DNA of 64,000 bases from an uncultured Acidobacteriota bacterium (GTDB lineage Bacteria; Acidobacteriota; UBA6911), in contig CAWJKZ010000016.1 of NCBI GenBank assembly GCA_963843575.1, positions 58,428-122,427 of the forward strand, given 5' to 3'. Shown here piece after piece: positions 51,026-62,860 of this stretch (position 1 is its first letter; each line of letters starts with the position of its first letter). The notes beneath the pieces were generated by a model, which was not told the DNA's origin, ran no database searches, and worked only from the letters and a program-made list of their open reading frames with translations. Position numbers and translations under genes: made by a program.

Positions 51026-53404
51026 TCACTGAGAAGATGCGGATTCCGGACCGTCGACCCTGCTTTCGGTACCCAGTGCGCCGGATCTCAGACTGCGATC
51101 CAGTTCCCGTCCGTGCCGTTCGACGATGTCCGGCAGCGACAGGATGTCTTGGAGTGTGGTTCTGAAGTTAACGATGCACAGGCGCAGCGCGAATTTGCCG
51201 TGCACGATTGCGTTCGAGAGAAATGCCTCCCCGCTCTCCTCGACGCGGGTGAGCGTTTGCCGGTTCAAGTCGTCGAGATACTCCCGGACGCGGGGTGAGG
51301 CGGCGATCGGCCGCAGATCCCGCGGGATGTAGCGGAACGTGCAGATGCTCAGCCCTTGGGACAGGGGTTCGAGCGTCTCGCGAGCCTGTATTTCCCGATG
51401 AAACTCCCGAGCAAGGCGAATGTCCTCCGCTATCATCTGCCGGTATCCTTCGCGCCCGACCTGCCGGATTGCCAGCCAGACCTTCAGGGCGCGGAAGCCG
51501 CGCGAATTCTGAATGCCGAGATCGAAGTAGTTCGTTACCTCTTCGTCAAAATGGTAGTAGGGGGGATGATAAGAGAATGCGTCATGCAGAGCTTCGCGCC
51601 GTGAAACCAGCGCGCAGCCTGCCTCCAGCGGCAGATACATCCACTTGTGCGGGTCTACCGCAACCGAATCGGCTTCCCGGAGCGCCTCCAGATCCGGGCT
51701 GATGCCCGGCACCATTGCGGCGGGAGCGCCGTATGCCCCGTCGACGTGGAACCACAGCCCATATTCGCGGCAGATGGAGGCCATCTCTCGCACGGGATCG
51801 ACAGCGCCGGTACCGACCGTGCCTGCTGTGCCGACCACAAGAAAAGGACGGTCGCCGCGGTCCAAGTCCTGCCGAATCTGCTCCTTGAGTTCGGACGGTT
51901 TCGCCCGGAGTTCCTCGTCCACTGGAATCCAGCGGATGGCGCCCGTTCCCAACCCGGAGATATCGGCCGCTTTCTGGATCCACGTGTGAGTCTCTGCTGA
52001 AGCATATACCCGAAGGCGCCCGGAACCATCCCCGGCAATCCCCTGTTCCCGGACCTCGCTGCCTGCCTTGGCCCGTCGTGCCGCCAGGAAGCAGACCAGG
52101 TTCGCCACATTCCCGCCGCTTACAAGCAACCCTCCGCAATCGGCCCGGTAGCCGAGAAGATCGGAGATCCAACCGACGGTTTCCCTTTCGATCTCGCTGG
52201 CGAGGGGCGATAGCTTCCACGCCCCGACATTCGAGTTGACCGCCGCAGCCAACAAATCTCCGAGAATTCCGATGGGTGCGGCGGAGGCGGTGATGTAACC
52301 CCAGAACCGCGGGTGCCCGTTGTGAAGGGAATGTTCAAACAGTCGTTCCGCAACCTCCGGCAACCAGGTGCGCGGATCCATTCCCTTCTGCGGCACCGCT
52401 CCCGTCAAGGACAGGAGCGAACGGACCTGCTCCGGCGTCGATGCCCTGGTAACGGGGCGGGCTGCAATCGAACCCAGAAATGCGGCAATCTGCTCCACCA
52501 GGGCGTGGCCCAGCGCGCGAAAGTGCGCGGGATCCATGTCCAGCGGCGCGTGCCGGGCGTTCAGCAAAGGGGTTGGATCTGCTTGAGAGGCTCTCTCGCG
52601 CAATCCCTCGAACAGATCCGTCTCGCGCTTTCGACCCCCGTTGACCAGGCTGAAAACGCGGTAGAATTCCTGAGTTCCCCACAGCTGCCGGTGATGTTCG
52701 GGAGCGAGACGATCGAGGCCTCCATAAAGCGCCAGCTGCGTCTTGTGGCAGCATACGGCCTTCCAGACAACCGGCCAGTACGGTTCCGTGTCGATGACGG
52801 TGGTGATGGCCCAATCCGGCCAAGGTGCCGCACGGCGCTCCACGCCGTCGACACTGACCGTCAGTTTGCGGAATGCCGACTGGTAGGCCTCCCATTTACC
52901 GTGCGACCACGCCATGTAGTACAGCTTCGACACATGGTGGGGGACCGATGAGCGAGCCAGTGCCAGATCGGGATCCGCAGCTGCCGCCACCGCCGCGGTC
53001 GCCAGCTGGCAGATGGCAATATGGTCCGGGTGTCCGTAAGCGCCATCCGGACCGAAGGTCACAACCAGGTGAGGCTTGAAGCACCGAATGTGCTCGACGA
53101 TGCGCAGAACAGATTCTCCGGGTTCTGCCTGATCCAGGTCTCCGTCGATGTGGTCGAGCAGGTGCAGTTCTCCCACGCCGAGGATTTTTGCGGCTTCCCT
53201 GAGCTCGGTTTCGCGGATCTGCCCCACCACCTCCAGACCCGGATTCCGCCCTTCTCCCCAACGGCCCCTCTCTCCGCGAGTCGCCGTCACGACGCACAGT
53301 TCGACACCCTCGGCAGCATATTTCGCAAGCGTGCCGCCCATGCCCAGGGATTCGTCATCCGGGTGGGCCAGAACACACATCATTCTCAATCCGTGCATCA
53401 CCAT
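51026..53404 (-). CDS. PIG-L/LmbE deacetylase fused to a group II PLP-dependent (aromatic amino acid-type) decarboxylase
   Basis: AHPDDE, TRGERG, YGHPDH, HKTQ; then HPRFWGY, SGG..AN, GTVGTGAVD, HVDGAYG, DPHKW, LRLCIVNFRT. Confidence 0.88.
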   Translation of the reverse strand: MVMHGLRMMCVLAHPDDESLGMGGTLAKYAAEGVELCVVTATRGERGRWGEGRNPGLEVVGQIRETELREAAKILGVGELHLLDHIDGDLDQAEPGESVLRIVEHIRCFKPHLVVTFGPDGAYGHPDHIAICQLATAAVAAAADPDLALARSSVPHHVSKLYYMAWSHGKWEAYQSAFRKLTVSVDGVERRAAPWPDWAITTVIDTEPYWPVVWKAVCCHKTQLALYGGLDRLAPEHHRQLWGTQEFYRVFSLVNGGRKRETDLFEGLRERASQADPTPLLNARHAPLDMDPAHFRALGHALVEQIAAFLGSIAARPVTRASTPEQVRSLLSLTGAVPQKGMDPRTWLPEVAERLFEHSLHNGHPRFWGYITASAAPIGILGDLLAAAVNSNVGAWKLSPLASEIERETVGWISDLLGYRADCGGLLVSGGNVANLVCFLAARRAKAGSEVREQGIAGDGSGRLRVYASAETHTWIQKAADISGLGTGAIRWIPVDEELRAKPSELKEQIRQDLDRGDRPFLVVGTAGTVGTGAVDPVREMASICREYGLWFHVDGAYGAPAAMVPGISPDLEALREADSVAVDPHKWMYLPLEAGCALVSRREALHDAFSYHPPYYHFDEEVTNYFDLGIQNSRGFRALKVWLAIRQVGREGYRQMIAEDIRLAREFHREIQARETLEPLSQGLSICTFRYIPRDLRPIAASPRVREYLDDLNRQTLTRVEESGEAFLSNAIVHGKFALRLCIVNFRTTLQDILSLPDIVERHGRELDRSLRSGALGTESRVDGPESASSQ

Positions 53405-53515
53405 TCCTCCACGCTGCCGCGACTTCGGTGTGTGCGCCTCGACTGCAGCCGGACTTTATACCTGAGCCGCGTCGTTGGATTCGGCTTTTTGGGCGCACCC
53501 CTGCCTTATTGCAGT

Positions 53516-54742
53516 CTACGGCAGCTTGCCGTCTTTGAAGGTCATGACGGATATGAGCTTCTGAGTCGCCTTCCGAACCTGCCGTTGAGAATCGACGAGG
53601 GAGAAGTCGCCCTGAACCAGCTCCAGAACGGAAATATCGGCGCGACGCCCGGGGTTCAGCGAGCCAAGTTCGTCCGCCTTGTTGATCGCGCGCGCGGCAG
53701 CAACCGTGGTCAACTCAACGATCTTTTCGACGCTGAGTCCGAGAAGCAGGAACTTGGACATGGTCGTGGTCAGGTCGAAAACAGGGCCGTGAGCGCTGTA
53801 GAAATGGAGATCGGTGCTGATGGTGGCAGGTGGCAGGCCTTCCTTCAGCGCAGTTTCCATGGAGGCGAAGCCAAAACCGCCGGTCCCGTGACCGATGTCG
53901 AAGAGCACTCCGCGGTTCGCCGCCTTGCGGATGCCGTCGGAAACGTGGCCGTCGGCCGCGATGACCCCTCCCGTGCCAGACGCGCGGAAAGAATGCGTGA
54001 CGATGTCGCCTGCCCGCAGCTCTTCCACGAGTTTTTCGACCGGAGTATAGGGTCCCCCGACATGCATCATTACTGGCTTGCCGATCTGATCGGCAACGCG
54101 GCGGGCCGTCCGCACTGCCTCCACGTCGTTGGGGCCCGTCAGGTCCTTCCCGCAGCGAACCTTGATCCCCACAATCACGTCCGCGTGAGCCTTTGCCACC
54201 CGCAGGGCGGAGTCGGCGTCAATCATGCGTGTATCGATAAGTTCTCCTGGTTCCCCGACCAATCCCACGCGAGAGATGTTCAGGAAAGCAAAAAGGCGCG
54301 TCCGCGACGACTCGATCACCTGCCGGCGGAAGCCCGCGAAGCTGTCCGAACCTGACGTTCCCGCATCAACGGCCGTTGTAACGCCCCGGGCGATACAGTG
54401 CGGATCGAGGTTGAGCCCCCAGTGGGAAATCCCCTCGAAACCGTGCACGTGAATGTCGACCAATCCGGGTGTCACGATCTGCCCGGTCACCCGGACTGTC
54501 CGCAGCGCTTCCCTGGGCTCGATCTGTGGCGCGATGGCCGCAATCCGTCCGCCGGCAACAGCAACGTCAGCAAACATATTCATGGATTGAGAAGGGTCGA
54601 TAACACGACCGCCCTTCAGTAGCAATTCGTACTTGCGCTCCTGTGCTTGAGCCGCCTGAGCAAAGGCCGTGCGTGGGGCATCGGCCAGCAAGGGGAGCGA
54701 AGCGAGACCGACCTGCAAGAATTCACGTCGTTTCATTATCAC
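53516..54742 (-). CDS. Dihydroorotase-like amidohydrolase/deacetylase with Tat signal
   Basis: KRREFL, PGLVDIHVH, GVTTAVDAG, GIKVR, FDIGHG, ISTDLH. Confidence 0.88.
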   Translation of the reverse strand: MIMKRREFLQVGLASLPLLADAPRTAFAQAAQAQERKYELLLKGGRVIDPSQSMNMFADVAVAGGRIAAIAPQIEPREALRTVRVTGQIVTPGLVDIHVHGFEGISHWGLNLDPHCIARGVTTAVDAGTSGSDSFAGFRRQVIESSRTRLFAFLNISRVGLVGEPGELIDTRMIDADSALRVAKAHADVIVGIKVRCGKDLTGPNDVEAVRTARRVADQIGKPVMMHVGGPYTPVEKLVEELRAGDIVTHSFRASGTGGVIAADGHVSDGIRKAANRGVLFDIGHGTGGFGFASMETALKEGLPPATISTDLHFYSAHGPVFDLTTTMSKFLLLGLSVEKIVELTTVAAARAINKADELGSLNPGRRADISVLELVQGDFSLVDSQRQVRKATQKLISVMTFKDGKLP

Positions 54743-54749
54743 AGCCTCC

Positions 54750-55035
54750 AGGAAGAGTATAGGCAGACAGCCTCGGCGGCGTCCAACCCGGATTGCACGG
54801 GAACAAGCTCACCCGGCGGCAGGCAGACGAACTCCGCGTAGGCGCCGCTGATCGGCATCGCAGCAACTATCTGGCCTGGCTCGATCCCGGAGACACCGGC
54901 GCCGATAATATCGACCACGCCGACCAGATCCCAACCCGGCGTGAAGGGCACCCGGGGCTCGGGGCACTCCTCTTCAACCACCCGAAGTGCATCGGGTCCG
55001 CCATAGTGAGTGACCATAATGCGCGTGTGTCGCAC
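54750..55035 (-). pseudogene. Truncated, internally deleted MDR/quinone oxidoreductase
   Basis: VTHYGGPDALRVVEEECPEP joined directly to VPFTPGWDLVG...GAYAEFV...LDAAEAVCL, then ends. Confidence 0.75.
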
Positions 55036-55639
55036 GGGCCTTTCCTCCCTCGCCGGGCTCGAGCTTGATGGTCTAAAACGCTTTGATAGATTCATTTCAG
55101 TATATCTATTGATGCTCGAGTGTCAAAAACTCCGGCCAGAGATACTTTGCCGAGGGTGCTGAATACCGGGAGGCCTCGGAAGCTTTTCTGGGGATTTCAA
55201 TCGCGGTTTCGCCCGACGGAGGGGCGATTCTCTATTCACAATAAGACGAGGTCGGCAGCGATCTGATGCCGGTGGAGAACTGATGGGTAATCTGCGGCAG
55301 CCCCAAGCGCAAAACCGCAGCTTGTTCCGGCTACACTCCACACTCGTCCTGTTTGGCACCATCCCCGACGCGATTTTGAAACGCCTCACCGTCCCCGCCG
55401 CAGATTGATCCGCGGATCGTTGCGCCTTCGGGGACGCCATCGCGGACCCCTCGTGGACCCCAATATCATTTATCTTCCAGCTGCTTCAGAGTATTGTTGC
55501 ACGAGAACCGCGGTCGCACCTTGAAGCGCACCGGGACGACCGCGCGAATGAGACGGCAAGCCAGCCGGATTTATTGCCAACCCTTCTCGTCCCATCTAAG
55601 AGGGCGTCACGGGAACGCCCTGTCCCTTTGAGAGGCCGC

Positions 55640-58600
55640 ATGCACGCCGTTGGTTTTGACTTCGGGTCTGTCTACACCAAGGCAGTGCTCCTTGACGCCG
55701 GCGGGAACGTCCACCTCACGCGCTATGCCAAAAAGGGGATCGACGACCGGAAGGTCATCAACGAATTCTTTGACGAGGCAGGGCTCCGGATGCCCGGTGT
55801 CCGCTTTAAGGCCGGGGCTGCAGGAATCGAGGCCGGCAGGAACGGTGGCCTTCATCCGGTGAACAGCATCGTCGCGATCGCAGAGGGCATCGGACGGCTG
55901 CACCCGGGGGCCCGGAGTGTGATTGAGATCGGTGGTCACACCTCAAAGTTCATCGTCTTCGGCGATGACGGTGCCGTGAGCGATTTCTCGACGAACGATG
56001 CCTGTGCCGCGGGGACCGGTTCGTTCCTCGAGCAGCAAGCGCGTCGCCTCAATATTGACATCGGCGAACTCTCGCGGTTGTCGACGGTGGCGGCGAGAGA
56101 AGCGACCATCGCCGGGCGCTGCTCGGTCTTCGCCAAATCCGACATGATCCACCTCCAGCAACGGGGGGCTTCCACCGAGGAAATCTGTTATGGACTTTGT
56201 TTGGCCATAGCCCGCAACGCGCTCGCGACACTTCTGCGCGGACGTGAACCTCTCACTCCAGCAGTGATTGCGGGCGGCTGCGCTCTCAACAAGGGCATCC
56301 TGAGAGCATTTTCCGAGATGCTCGCCGGCAGGGGAGGGTGCGAGCTGGTGCGGTCCGTCTACCCAGGGCTCGAGGGAGCGACGGGCGCGGCGTTGGTCGC
56401 ATCAGCACAAGACGGTGAGGGGCTGGCGCTCGAGGACATACGCCAGTGCGTTTCGGCGGCCGTCGCGTCGACGGGCAGGGGGCACACAACACTCAAGCGG
56501 CTTGATACGTGCCGTGAGAGCGGACGCCGAGAGGAACCGGCCGGCGCCTTCAGCGCGCCGCAAGAGGGATGGCTCGGCGTTGACGTCGGGTCGGTGAGCA
56601 CCAACTTCGTGCTCCTCGGCTGCGACGACGCGGTCGTTTCATCGGTGTACCTCCCTACCCGCGGCCGTCCGGTCGACGTGTTGCGCGAGGGGCTCGATAT
56701 CTTGCGCGAACGCTTTCGCGGCGGACTCGAGGTCCTCGGTTGCGGTGCAACGGGGAGCGGGCGGTATCTCGCCGCCCGGCTGCTGGGCGCCGACGTGGTG
56801 AAAAACGAGATCACCTGCCAGATGCTCGGGGCGCGGCGCTTCATCCCCGGTGTCGAGTCGATCTTCGAGATCGGAGGGCAGGATTCAAAATTCATCGCAG
56901 TCCAAGACTCCGGGATCGCCGACTTCGTCATGAACAAGATCTGCGCTGCGGGAACCGGTTCTTTCCTCGAGGAGCAGGCTCGCGAGCTGGGCATCGATAT
57001 CTACAGCGATTTCGCGCCCCTCGCGTTCGGATCGGAGGCCCCGCTCGACCTCGGATCGAGGTGCACGGTTTTCATGGAAACCGAGGTCATCAACGCCGTC
57101 CGCCACGGCGCTCCGGCCGGCGCGATCTGCGCGGGGCTTTCGTATGCGATCGTGAAAAACTATCTCAACAAGGTGGTGGGGAACCGGCCACTCGACAGCA
57201 CGATCGTCCTGCAGGGCGGCGTTGCCAGCAACGATGCGGTCGTCGCGGCATTCGAGAATATCATCGGCGCACCGGTATGTGTGCACCCCTACAACAGGAT
57301 CTCCGGCGCGATCGGCGCTGCGATCGCCGCACGCAACGGGGCGACGGAGGGGAGACAATCGCATTTCAAGGGCCTTGATCCGGGACCGCAGCCCCTATTG
57401 TGGTCGTTCGAGTGCCGCCATTGCTCGAACAACTGCGAGGTGAACGTCATCGAGACCCCCACGGGGCGCTGTCACTTCGGCGACGTCTGCGAACGCTTCA
57501 CGTCGCGCGGTTCCGACAACGAGCGCAAACCCTCCTTTCCCAATGTCGCCGACGAATTCCTCACGCGCTGCGAGCGGTACTTCGCGACGCCCGCACAGGG
57601 TCGTCCGACAATCGGCATCCCGCGCGCTTCGACGCTCATGGCCCACCTGCCGTTCTGGGCGGTGTTTTTCAGAAAGATCGGTATGCAGCCGGTGCTCTCG
57701 GGCAATACCGGCCAGGAGACGCTCGCCCTCGGGCTCAGAAACCTTGCCGTCGGTGTCTGCCTTCCGATCAAGCTCACCGCCGGGCACGTCCACACCCTTC
57801 TCGAGAACGGCGTCGACCGGGTCTTTGTCCCGTCGGTGGTCGTGTTTCCCGGCGACGTCCCCTCCCAGTCCTACGCCTGCCCGTACGCGATGGCAGTGCC
57901 GTACATGATCGGCGCCAAGAACCACGACAGATTCGTCACCCCGTTCGTGAGTTTCGTGGGCGAGGAGTCGTTCGTCGAGGGATTCGACGCGTGGCGCGGG
58001 CGTCTCGGCGCCTCGAAAAACCGGATGCGCGAGGCCTACCAGGCGGCGCGCCTGGCGCAGGACGAGTTCGATCAGTCGCTGAGGATCGGGACCGGCGAGC
58101 TTCTGAAGGCCGGCGGCTACCGCCATGTGTTCGCGGTCCTCGGCAAACCGTACAACACCTTCGACACGTTCATGAACCTGAACCTCTTCGAGACGGCTCC
58201 GCCGGATGGGCGTGCTTGCGCTCCCGCTTGCGTATCTGCCACTCGACCTGACCGCCGGCGCCTCGGACCTTCCGTGGCGGTTCTCTGCGGACATCCACCG
58301 CGCCGCCGTTGCTGTTGCGGAGTGCCCCGGGATCCACCCCGTCATCATCTCGAACTTCGGCTGCGGCCCGGATGCCTTCACCTTCAAACAGGTCGAGGAG
58401 GCGCTCCATGGCCGGCCGTACCTCGTCCTCGAATTCGACGAGCACCGCGGCGAGGCGGGGCTGATCACCCGGCTCGAGGCGTTCATCGACCGGCTCGAAG
58501 GCGGGAGCGAGGCGCCTGCGCGCGGCCGGGATCCCAGGGTACTCGAACGTCCCAGTCGCGCCACGTCCCCGCGTCCCCGTCCGAGGTCCGTATCCCGTAC

Positions 58601-59787
58601 TTCGCCGACCACGCCTACGCCTTCAGCGGCCTGTGGAAGTTCAAGGGGCACCGCGCCGACGTCCTCCCCCTCCCTGCGACCGGGTCCGCATCCTCGGCGA
58701 GAAGCATTCGCTCGGGAAGGAGTGCCACGCCGTACTCGATGCTCGTCGGGCGACCTCGTCGACGCTGCAGCCGCGCGAGCCCGGCAGGGAGATCGTCTTC
58801 TTTTTCCCGGGCACCGCGATTCCCTGCCTCCTCCACCAGTACGGGCCGGGATGCAGGTGCTTCTGCGGGAGCTCGGGATCGGGATTCCGCAGGTCAGCTC
58901 GCCGCGGGGAGGAGCTGATCGACGCCTTCGGCATCGAGGCGATCGAGCGCTTCTACATGGGCCTGCTGGCCATCGAGCTCCTGCGTGAAGGCTGTCTGCG
59001 AGGTGCGGCCGTACGAGAAGGTCCGCGGGACGGCAGACATGGTCCACCGCGGAAACCTGCTCCGCATCGAGGCGGCGATTGCGGCCGGCGACATCGTGCA
59101 GGCGCTGGACGAGTCTCTGCACGCGCTTTCGCTCATACCCGCCGAGCGGAATGGTGGCCGGCCGGTGGTCGGGATTGCGGGCGACGCTCTACACCAAGGT
59201 GAACCCGGCGGCCAACAACGACCTCTATCGCTGGCTCGAGGACCGGGGATTGGAGGTGTGGCCCTCGCCGTTCCAGATCGACGCTGCTGGACTTCGGCAT
59301 CTCGCGGCGGCTCTTCGAGAGCGTCTCCAGAGCGCAGAATGCAGGACCTCCTGGTCAGCGGTTCGGTCGCCCTAAAGCGCCTCGTCGACGTCTGGAAGAT
59401 ACACCGCGTCGCCGGCCCCGGGTTTCACGCCTCGAGGAGCCCGGCTATCTCGAGATGAGGAGGCTCGCCGCCCCGTACATGCCTAACGAGGCACACCAGC
59501 TCCTGTTTCTGAACACGGTGAAGATCGTTGACTTCGCGCGGCGCGGCGCCGACGGGATCATCAATGCCGTCTGCTTCAACTGCATGGTCGGCAACGCCTC
59601 GGCGGCGATCATCGAGAAAATCCGGCGCGACTATCACGACATCCCGATCGTCACCGCGGTCTACTCGGGCGGCGAGGATCCATCGCGCGCGATGGTCCTC
59701 GAGGCGTTCGTCAGCCAGGTGAAGAGGCATTACGCCAGGACACAGCTGCCGCAGCAGAGGAGGAGTCCGGCCCTGTGGATTCCCTGA
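55640..59787 (+). CDS. 2-hydroxyacyl-CoA dehydratase activase-related protein (two BadF/BcrA ATPase domains + DUF2229), multiply frameshifted
   Basis: GFDFGSVYTK, IEIGG..SK, CAAGTGSFLE (twice), LGVDVGSVST, CLPIK, NFGCGPD, LEFDEH, FNCM; several indels from 58190 to 59450. Confidence 0.88.
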
Positions 59788-59851
59788 GGCTGGACCGAAA
59801 CTCACTTAGGTTCGTACGGCGGCCTCTTGCGTTTCTCCTCGTCCCACTCAA

Positions 59852-59955
59852 GTGGGTCCGGGCTTCAGCCCGGACGCCTTTTGCAGTAGCTGTAAAGTGC
59901 ATCTGTCCCGATATGCAACGGCTTTAACAGCGTCAGGGCTGAAGCCCGGACCCAC
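59852..59955. repeat. REP class 1 inverted doublet
   Basis: 59852-59875 (+) and 59932-59955 (-). Confidence 0.88.
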
Positions 59956-60063
59956 TTGGGATCATGTTCCACATCCAAAAAGGAATACCGGAGCAGACGT
60001 CGACACAACACGGTGCTGCGTGGCCCGGTCCAGGGCCGGGTCCATGCTTCAAAACGATGCGAG

Positions 60064-60997
60064 CTACTTCATCAGTCCGTTCGCCACGAGCCATGCCTTG
60101 GCATACCGATAGCTTTCGTGCAGTTCCTCGTCCTCGTCCCGGTTATCGGTGTCGAGCTCGACGGTGAAAGCCATCCGTTCTTTGGTGGCGGCCTGTGCGA
60201 GGACCGGCAGCAGGGCGGGAAAATCGACGAGGCCCCGCCCCAGCGCCACACCGTTGTAGACCCCCTTCTCGAGCACGTAGTCGCGCACGTGCGCGTGAAA
60301 CGTCCGCGGCAGGCACTTGCGCGTCGCGAACAACGGGTCCTCGTTCAGGATGAGCCAGTTGCCCGTGTCATTCAGGATACCCACGTTGTCGAGACCGGCC
60401 CCTTCCGAAATCCGGAGGAGGTCATCCGAGGAGAAGTAATCGTAATTCTCCTGGCAGATCCGGAGCCCGAGGGCTTTCGCCGACCGGCCGAGCTCTCGAA
60501 CGGACTCGGTCGCCAGCCGGACGGTGGCCGCCCGCGTCACGCGACCGTTGATACGGGGGGGAGAAGGTGCACGTCCGCACACCCAGACGGGCGGCTAATT
60601 CCAGGTCGCGGCGACCCGCCTCGAGCGCCGCGAGACGAACCTCCTCGTCGTAGGTCGCCGCAACGCCGCCCACTTCGACGACCGGCCACAGGTCGCTCTC
60701 CTTGAGCCGTGCCTTCAGCTCGTCGATGTAGCTCTTCTCGGTCGAGGGGAAGGCCGCAAAATCGAGATCTATCGCCATCGGGGAAAAACCGAATTCCTTC
60801 GCGATCGCGACCGTCTTCCGGATTACGTGGTCGAGCCGCGCCGCGCGATCCAGCCCGAGCCTGCGGATCTGACGGTGCCAGTTCTGGTCCGACAGCGCGC
60901 CGACGATGATCTCGACGCGAGACTCGGCCGTGCGCGCCAGGCCGGCGGCGGCCGGCCCGGCGGCCGCCACGCCCGCCATGAATGTCCTGCGGTCCAT
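60064..60997 (-). CDS. Xylose isomerase-like TIM barrel (sugar phosphate isomerase/epimerase) with Tat signal, frameshift at ~60560
   Basis: MDRRTFM; LRICQEN, NDTGNW, HAHVRD, LGRGLVDF; the frame break falls in the G-run at ~60555-60561. Confidence 0.85.
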
Positions 60998-61404
60998 GTG
61001 AACCTCCCGGATGTGATTCGTTGCTGCGCTCGGATGTATGTTTATTCAATCCGGCTGCAAAAGCAACGGCCCGCCTCATCGCAACGTTGCGCGAACCTGA
61101 GTTTGGCTGCATCGTACGGCTGACGGAACCCGATCGTGAGTGAGAATCCCGCATGCGGTAAAGGTCGTTTTGGCCTACAATCGCGCCTTGTCAACGACAC
61201 CGCGCCCCTGGCGACCGATGAGGCCGGGTTGGCCGCTCGGGCGCTCGCGGCAACCGTGGGACCTGCCGAAACCGGCAGGCGGGTCGAGGCGATCCGATCC
61301 TTCTCTGTGCCCTCCGCGAATCTGCGAAGGGGTTTCTGTTGTCTTGCGCCACGCGACCCCGTTGACGATGCGGGGGGCGCCGGGATCGTTATGCGGAGCT
61401 TCTC

Positions 61405-62847
61405 TTGAACTCTCATTTCGCGCTGATTGACTGGCTGCTGGTTATCGGGTTCCTGGTGTTCTACGCCTGCCTCGGTGTCCGGGCCAGGATGCACTCGTCC
61501 TCGCTGGACGAATTTCTGGTCATGGGGCGCAGGTTGGGTCCGATATGGGGCGTCGCGACGCTGGCGGCCACCGAGACGGGCCTGATCACCCTGATCTATT
61601 TTGCGGAGGAAGCCTACCTCAGCGGCTTCGTCGCTTTCAGCATTGCCGCACTGGCGGCACTGACGATGTGGGCCGTCGGCAAGACCGGCTTCGTGATCAC
61701 ACGCCTGCGCAGCCTGGAAGTTCGGACGATGCCGGAATTCATGGAGGGCCGTTTCAACGCCAGGGTGCGATCGATCACGGGGCTCGCGGCATTCGTGGTC
61801 GGGGTGCTGAACATGGGGATTTTCCTGCAGGTGGAAAGCTCGTTCATGGCAATCCTCATGGGCATACCGGAATCCCGGATCCTGGTGGTGATGGCCGTGC
61901 TGCTGGTGGTCGTCATCGCCTACACCATGCTCGGGGGAATGTATTCCGTGGTGCTCACCGATGTCGTGCAGTTCATCATGATCGTTGTCGGTGTCGCCGT
62001 TACCACATACTGCATCGTCGTAAACGCCGGCGGTTGGGGCAAGATGGTGGACGCCGTCTATGCGCATTACGGCAGCGCGGGCTTCAACCTCTGGAGCGCT
62101 CGCCGGTATGGCATACTTTTCCTGAGTTTCACGACTCTTTACTATCTCAGCGGCTGGAGTTCTTGGCAACCCGTGGTGGCGCGGGTGCTGAGCATGAAGG
62201 ACATCCAGATGGCCCTGAAACTCTACCGCATCAGCAGCCTGTTCATGTTCATGCGGGCGGCGTTTCCGATGATCTGGGGAATCGGGGCCCTGGCCATCCT
62301 GGGGACCGTCCGCCAATCCAATACGGTCTTGCCCATCACGCTCGCGCGGATCCTGCCCGCGGGCTGGGTGGGGGTAGTTACCGTTGGATTCATCTCCGCG
62401 TCGATGTCCACGTACTCGAGTTACCTGCTGGCCTTCAGCTCCATCCTGCTCCAGGACGTCGTGGGACCGAATATGAAGAAGCAGCTCAACGGACGGGAGC
62501 GGGTGAGGTTCACGCAGCTGGGCATCCTGCTGATTGGGATATTCGTTTATCTCTGGGGTGCGTTTTATCGTTTGCCCGAGTCCGTCTTCCGCTACATTAC
62601 TCTCACCGGGGCTCTTTCATTTGCGGCGAGTCTGACGGTGCTCGTCGGCGGGATCTACTGGAAGCGCGCGAACGTCCGGGGCGCCTATTGGGCGTTTCTC
62701 GGCAGCGCCGCGCCTCCCATTGCCTGCCTCGCCCTGCCCGCGATCGACCCCACCTATGCCGGGCTGTTGAGTTTTGTGCTGGCTCCGGCCGGCCTGGTGG
62801 CGGGGTCGCTGACTTCAACGATCGGGGGCAGAGCGGCTCGGCCTTAG
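61405..62847 (+). CDS. Sodium:solute symporter family protein
   Basis: DEFLVMGR, TMPEFMEGRF, YTMLGGM.SVVLTDVVQ, ASMST.SS. Confidence 0.9.
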   Translation: MNSHFALIDWLLVIGFLVFYACLGVRARMHSSSLDEFLVMGRRLGPIWGVATLAATETGLITLIYFAEEAYLSGFVAFSIAALAALTMWAVGKTGFVITRLRSLEVRTMPEFMEGRFNARVRSITGLAAFVVGVLNMGIFLQVESSFMAILMGIPESRILVVMAVLLVVVIAYTMLGGMYSVVLTDVVQFIMIVVGVAVTTYCIVVNAGGWGKMVDAVYAHYGSAGFNLWSARRYGILFLSFTTLYYLSGWSSWQPVVARVLSMKDIQMALKLYRISSLFMFMRAAFPMIWGIGALAILGTVRQSNTVLPITLARILPAGWVGVVTVGFISASMSTYSSYLLAFSSILLQDVVGPNMKKQLNGRERVRFTQLGILLIGIFVYLWGAFYRLPESVFRYITLTGALSFAASLTVLVGGIYWKRANVRGAYWAFLGSAAPPIACLALPAIDPTYAGLLSFVLAPAGLVAGSLTSTIGGRAARP

Positions 62848-62860
62848 TAACGCGGCGGTG

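Noticed and set aside
5973-59955. Palindromic 24-bp repeats as a CRISPR array
   Set aside because: They occur as dispersed inverted pairs, not tandem direct repeats with unique equal-length spacers, and no cas genes are present.
1-60997. Frameshifts in the CoA transferase, enolase, MFS, HK2, CoA activase and sugar isomerase genes as programmed frameshifting or true pseudogenes
   Set aside because: They are single-base indels clustered in patches (1-1.1 kb, 13.4-15.2 kb, 58.2-60.6 kb) with well-preserved protein motifs on both sides and no consistent slippery signal. Long-read error is the simpler explanation; read pileups would decide.
61000-61404. Possible riboswitch upstream of the sodium:solute symporter
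   Set aside because: No recognisable aptamer consensus by eye; an Infernal/Rfam scan would be needed.
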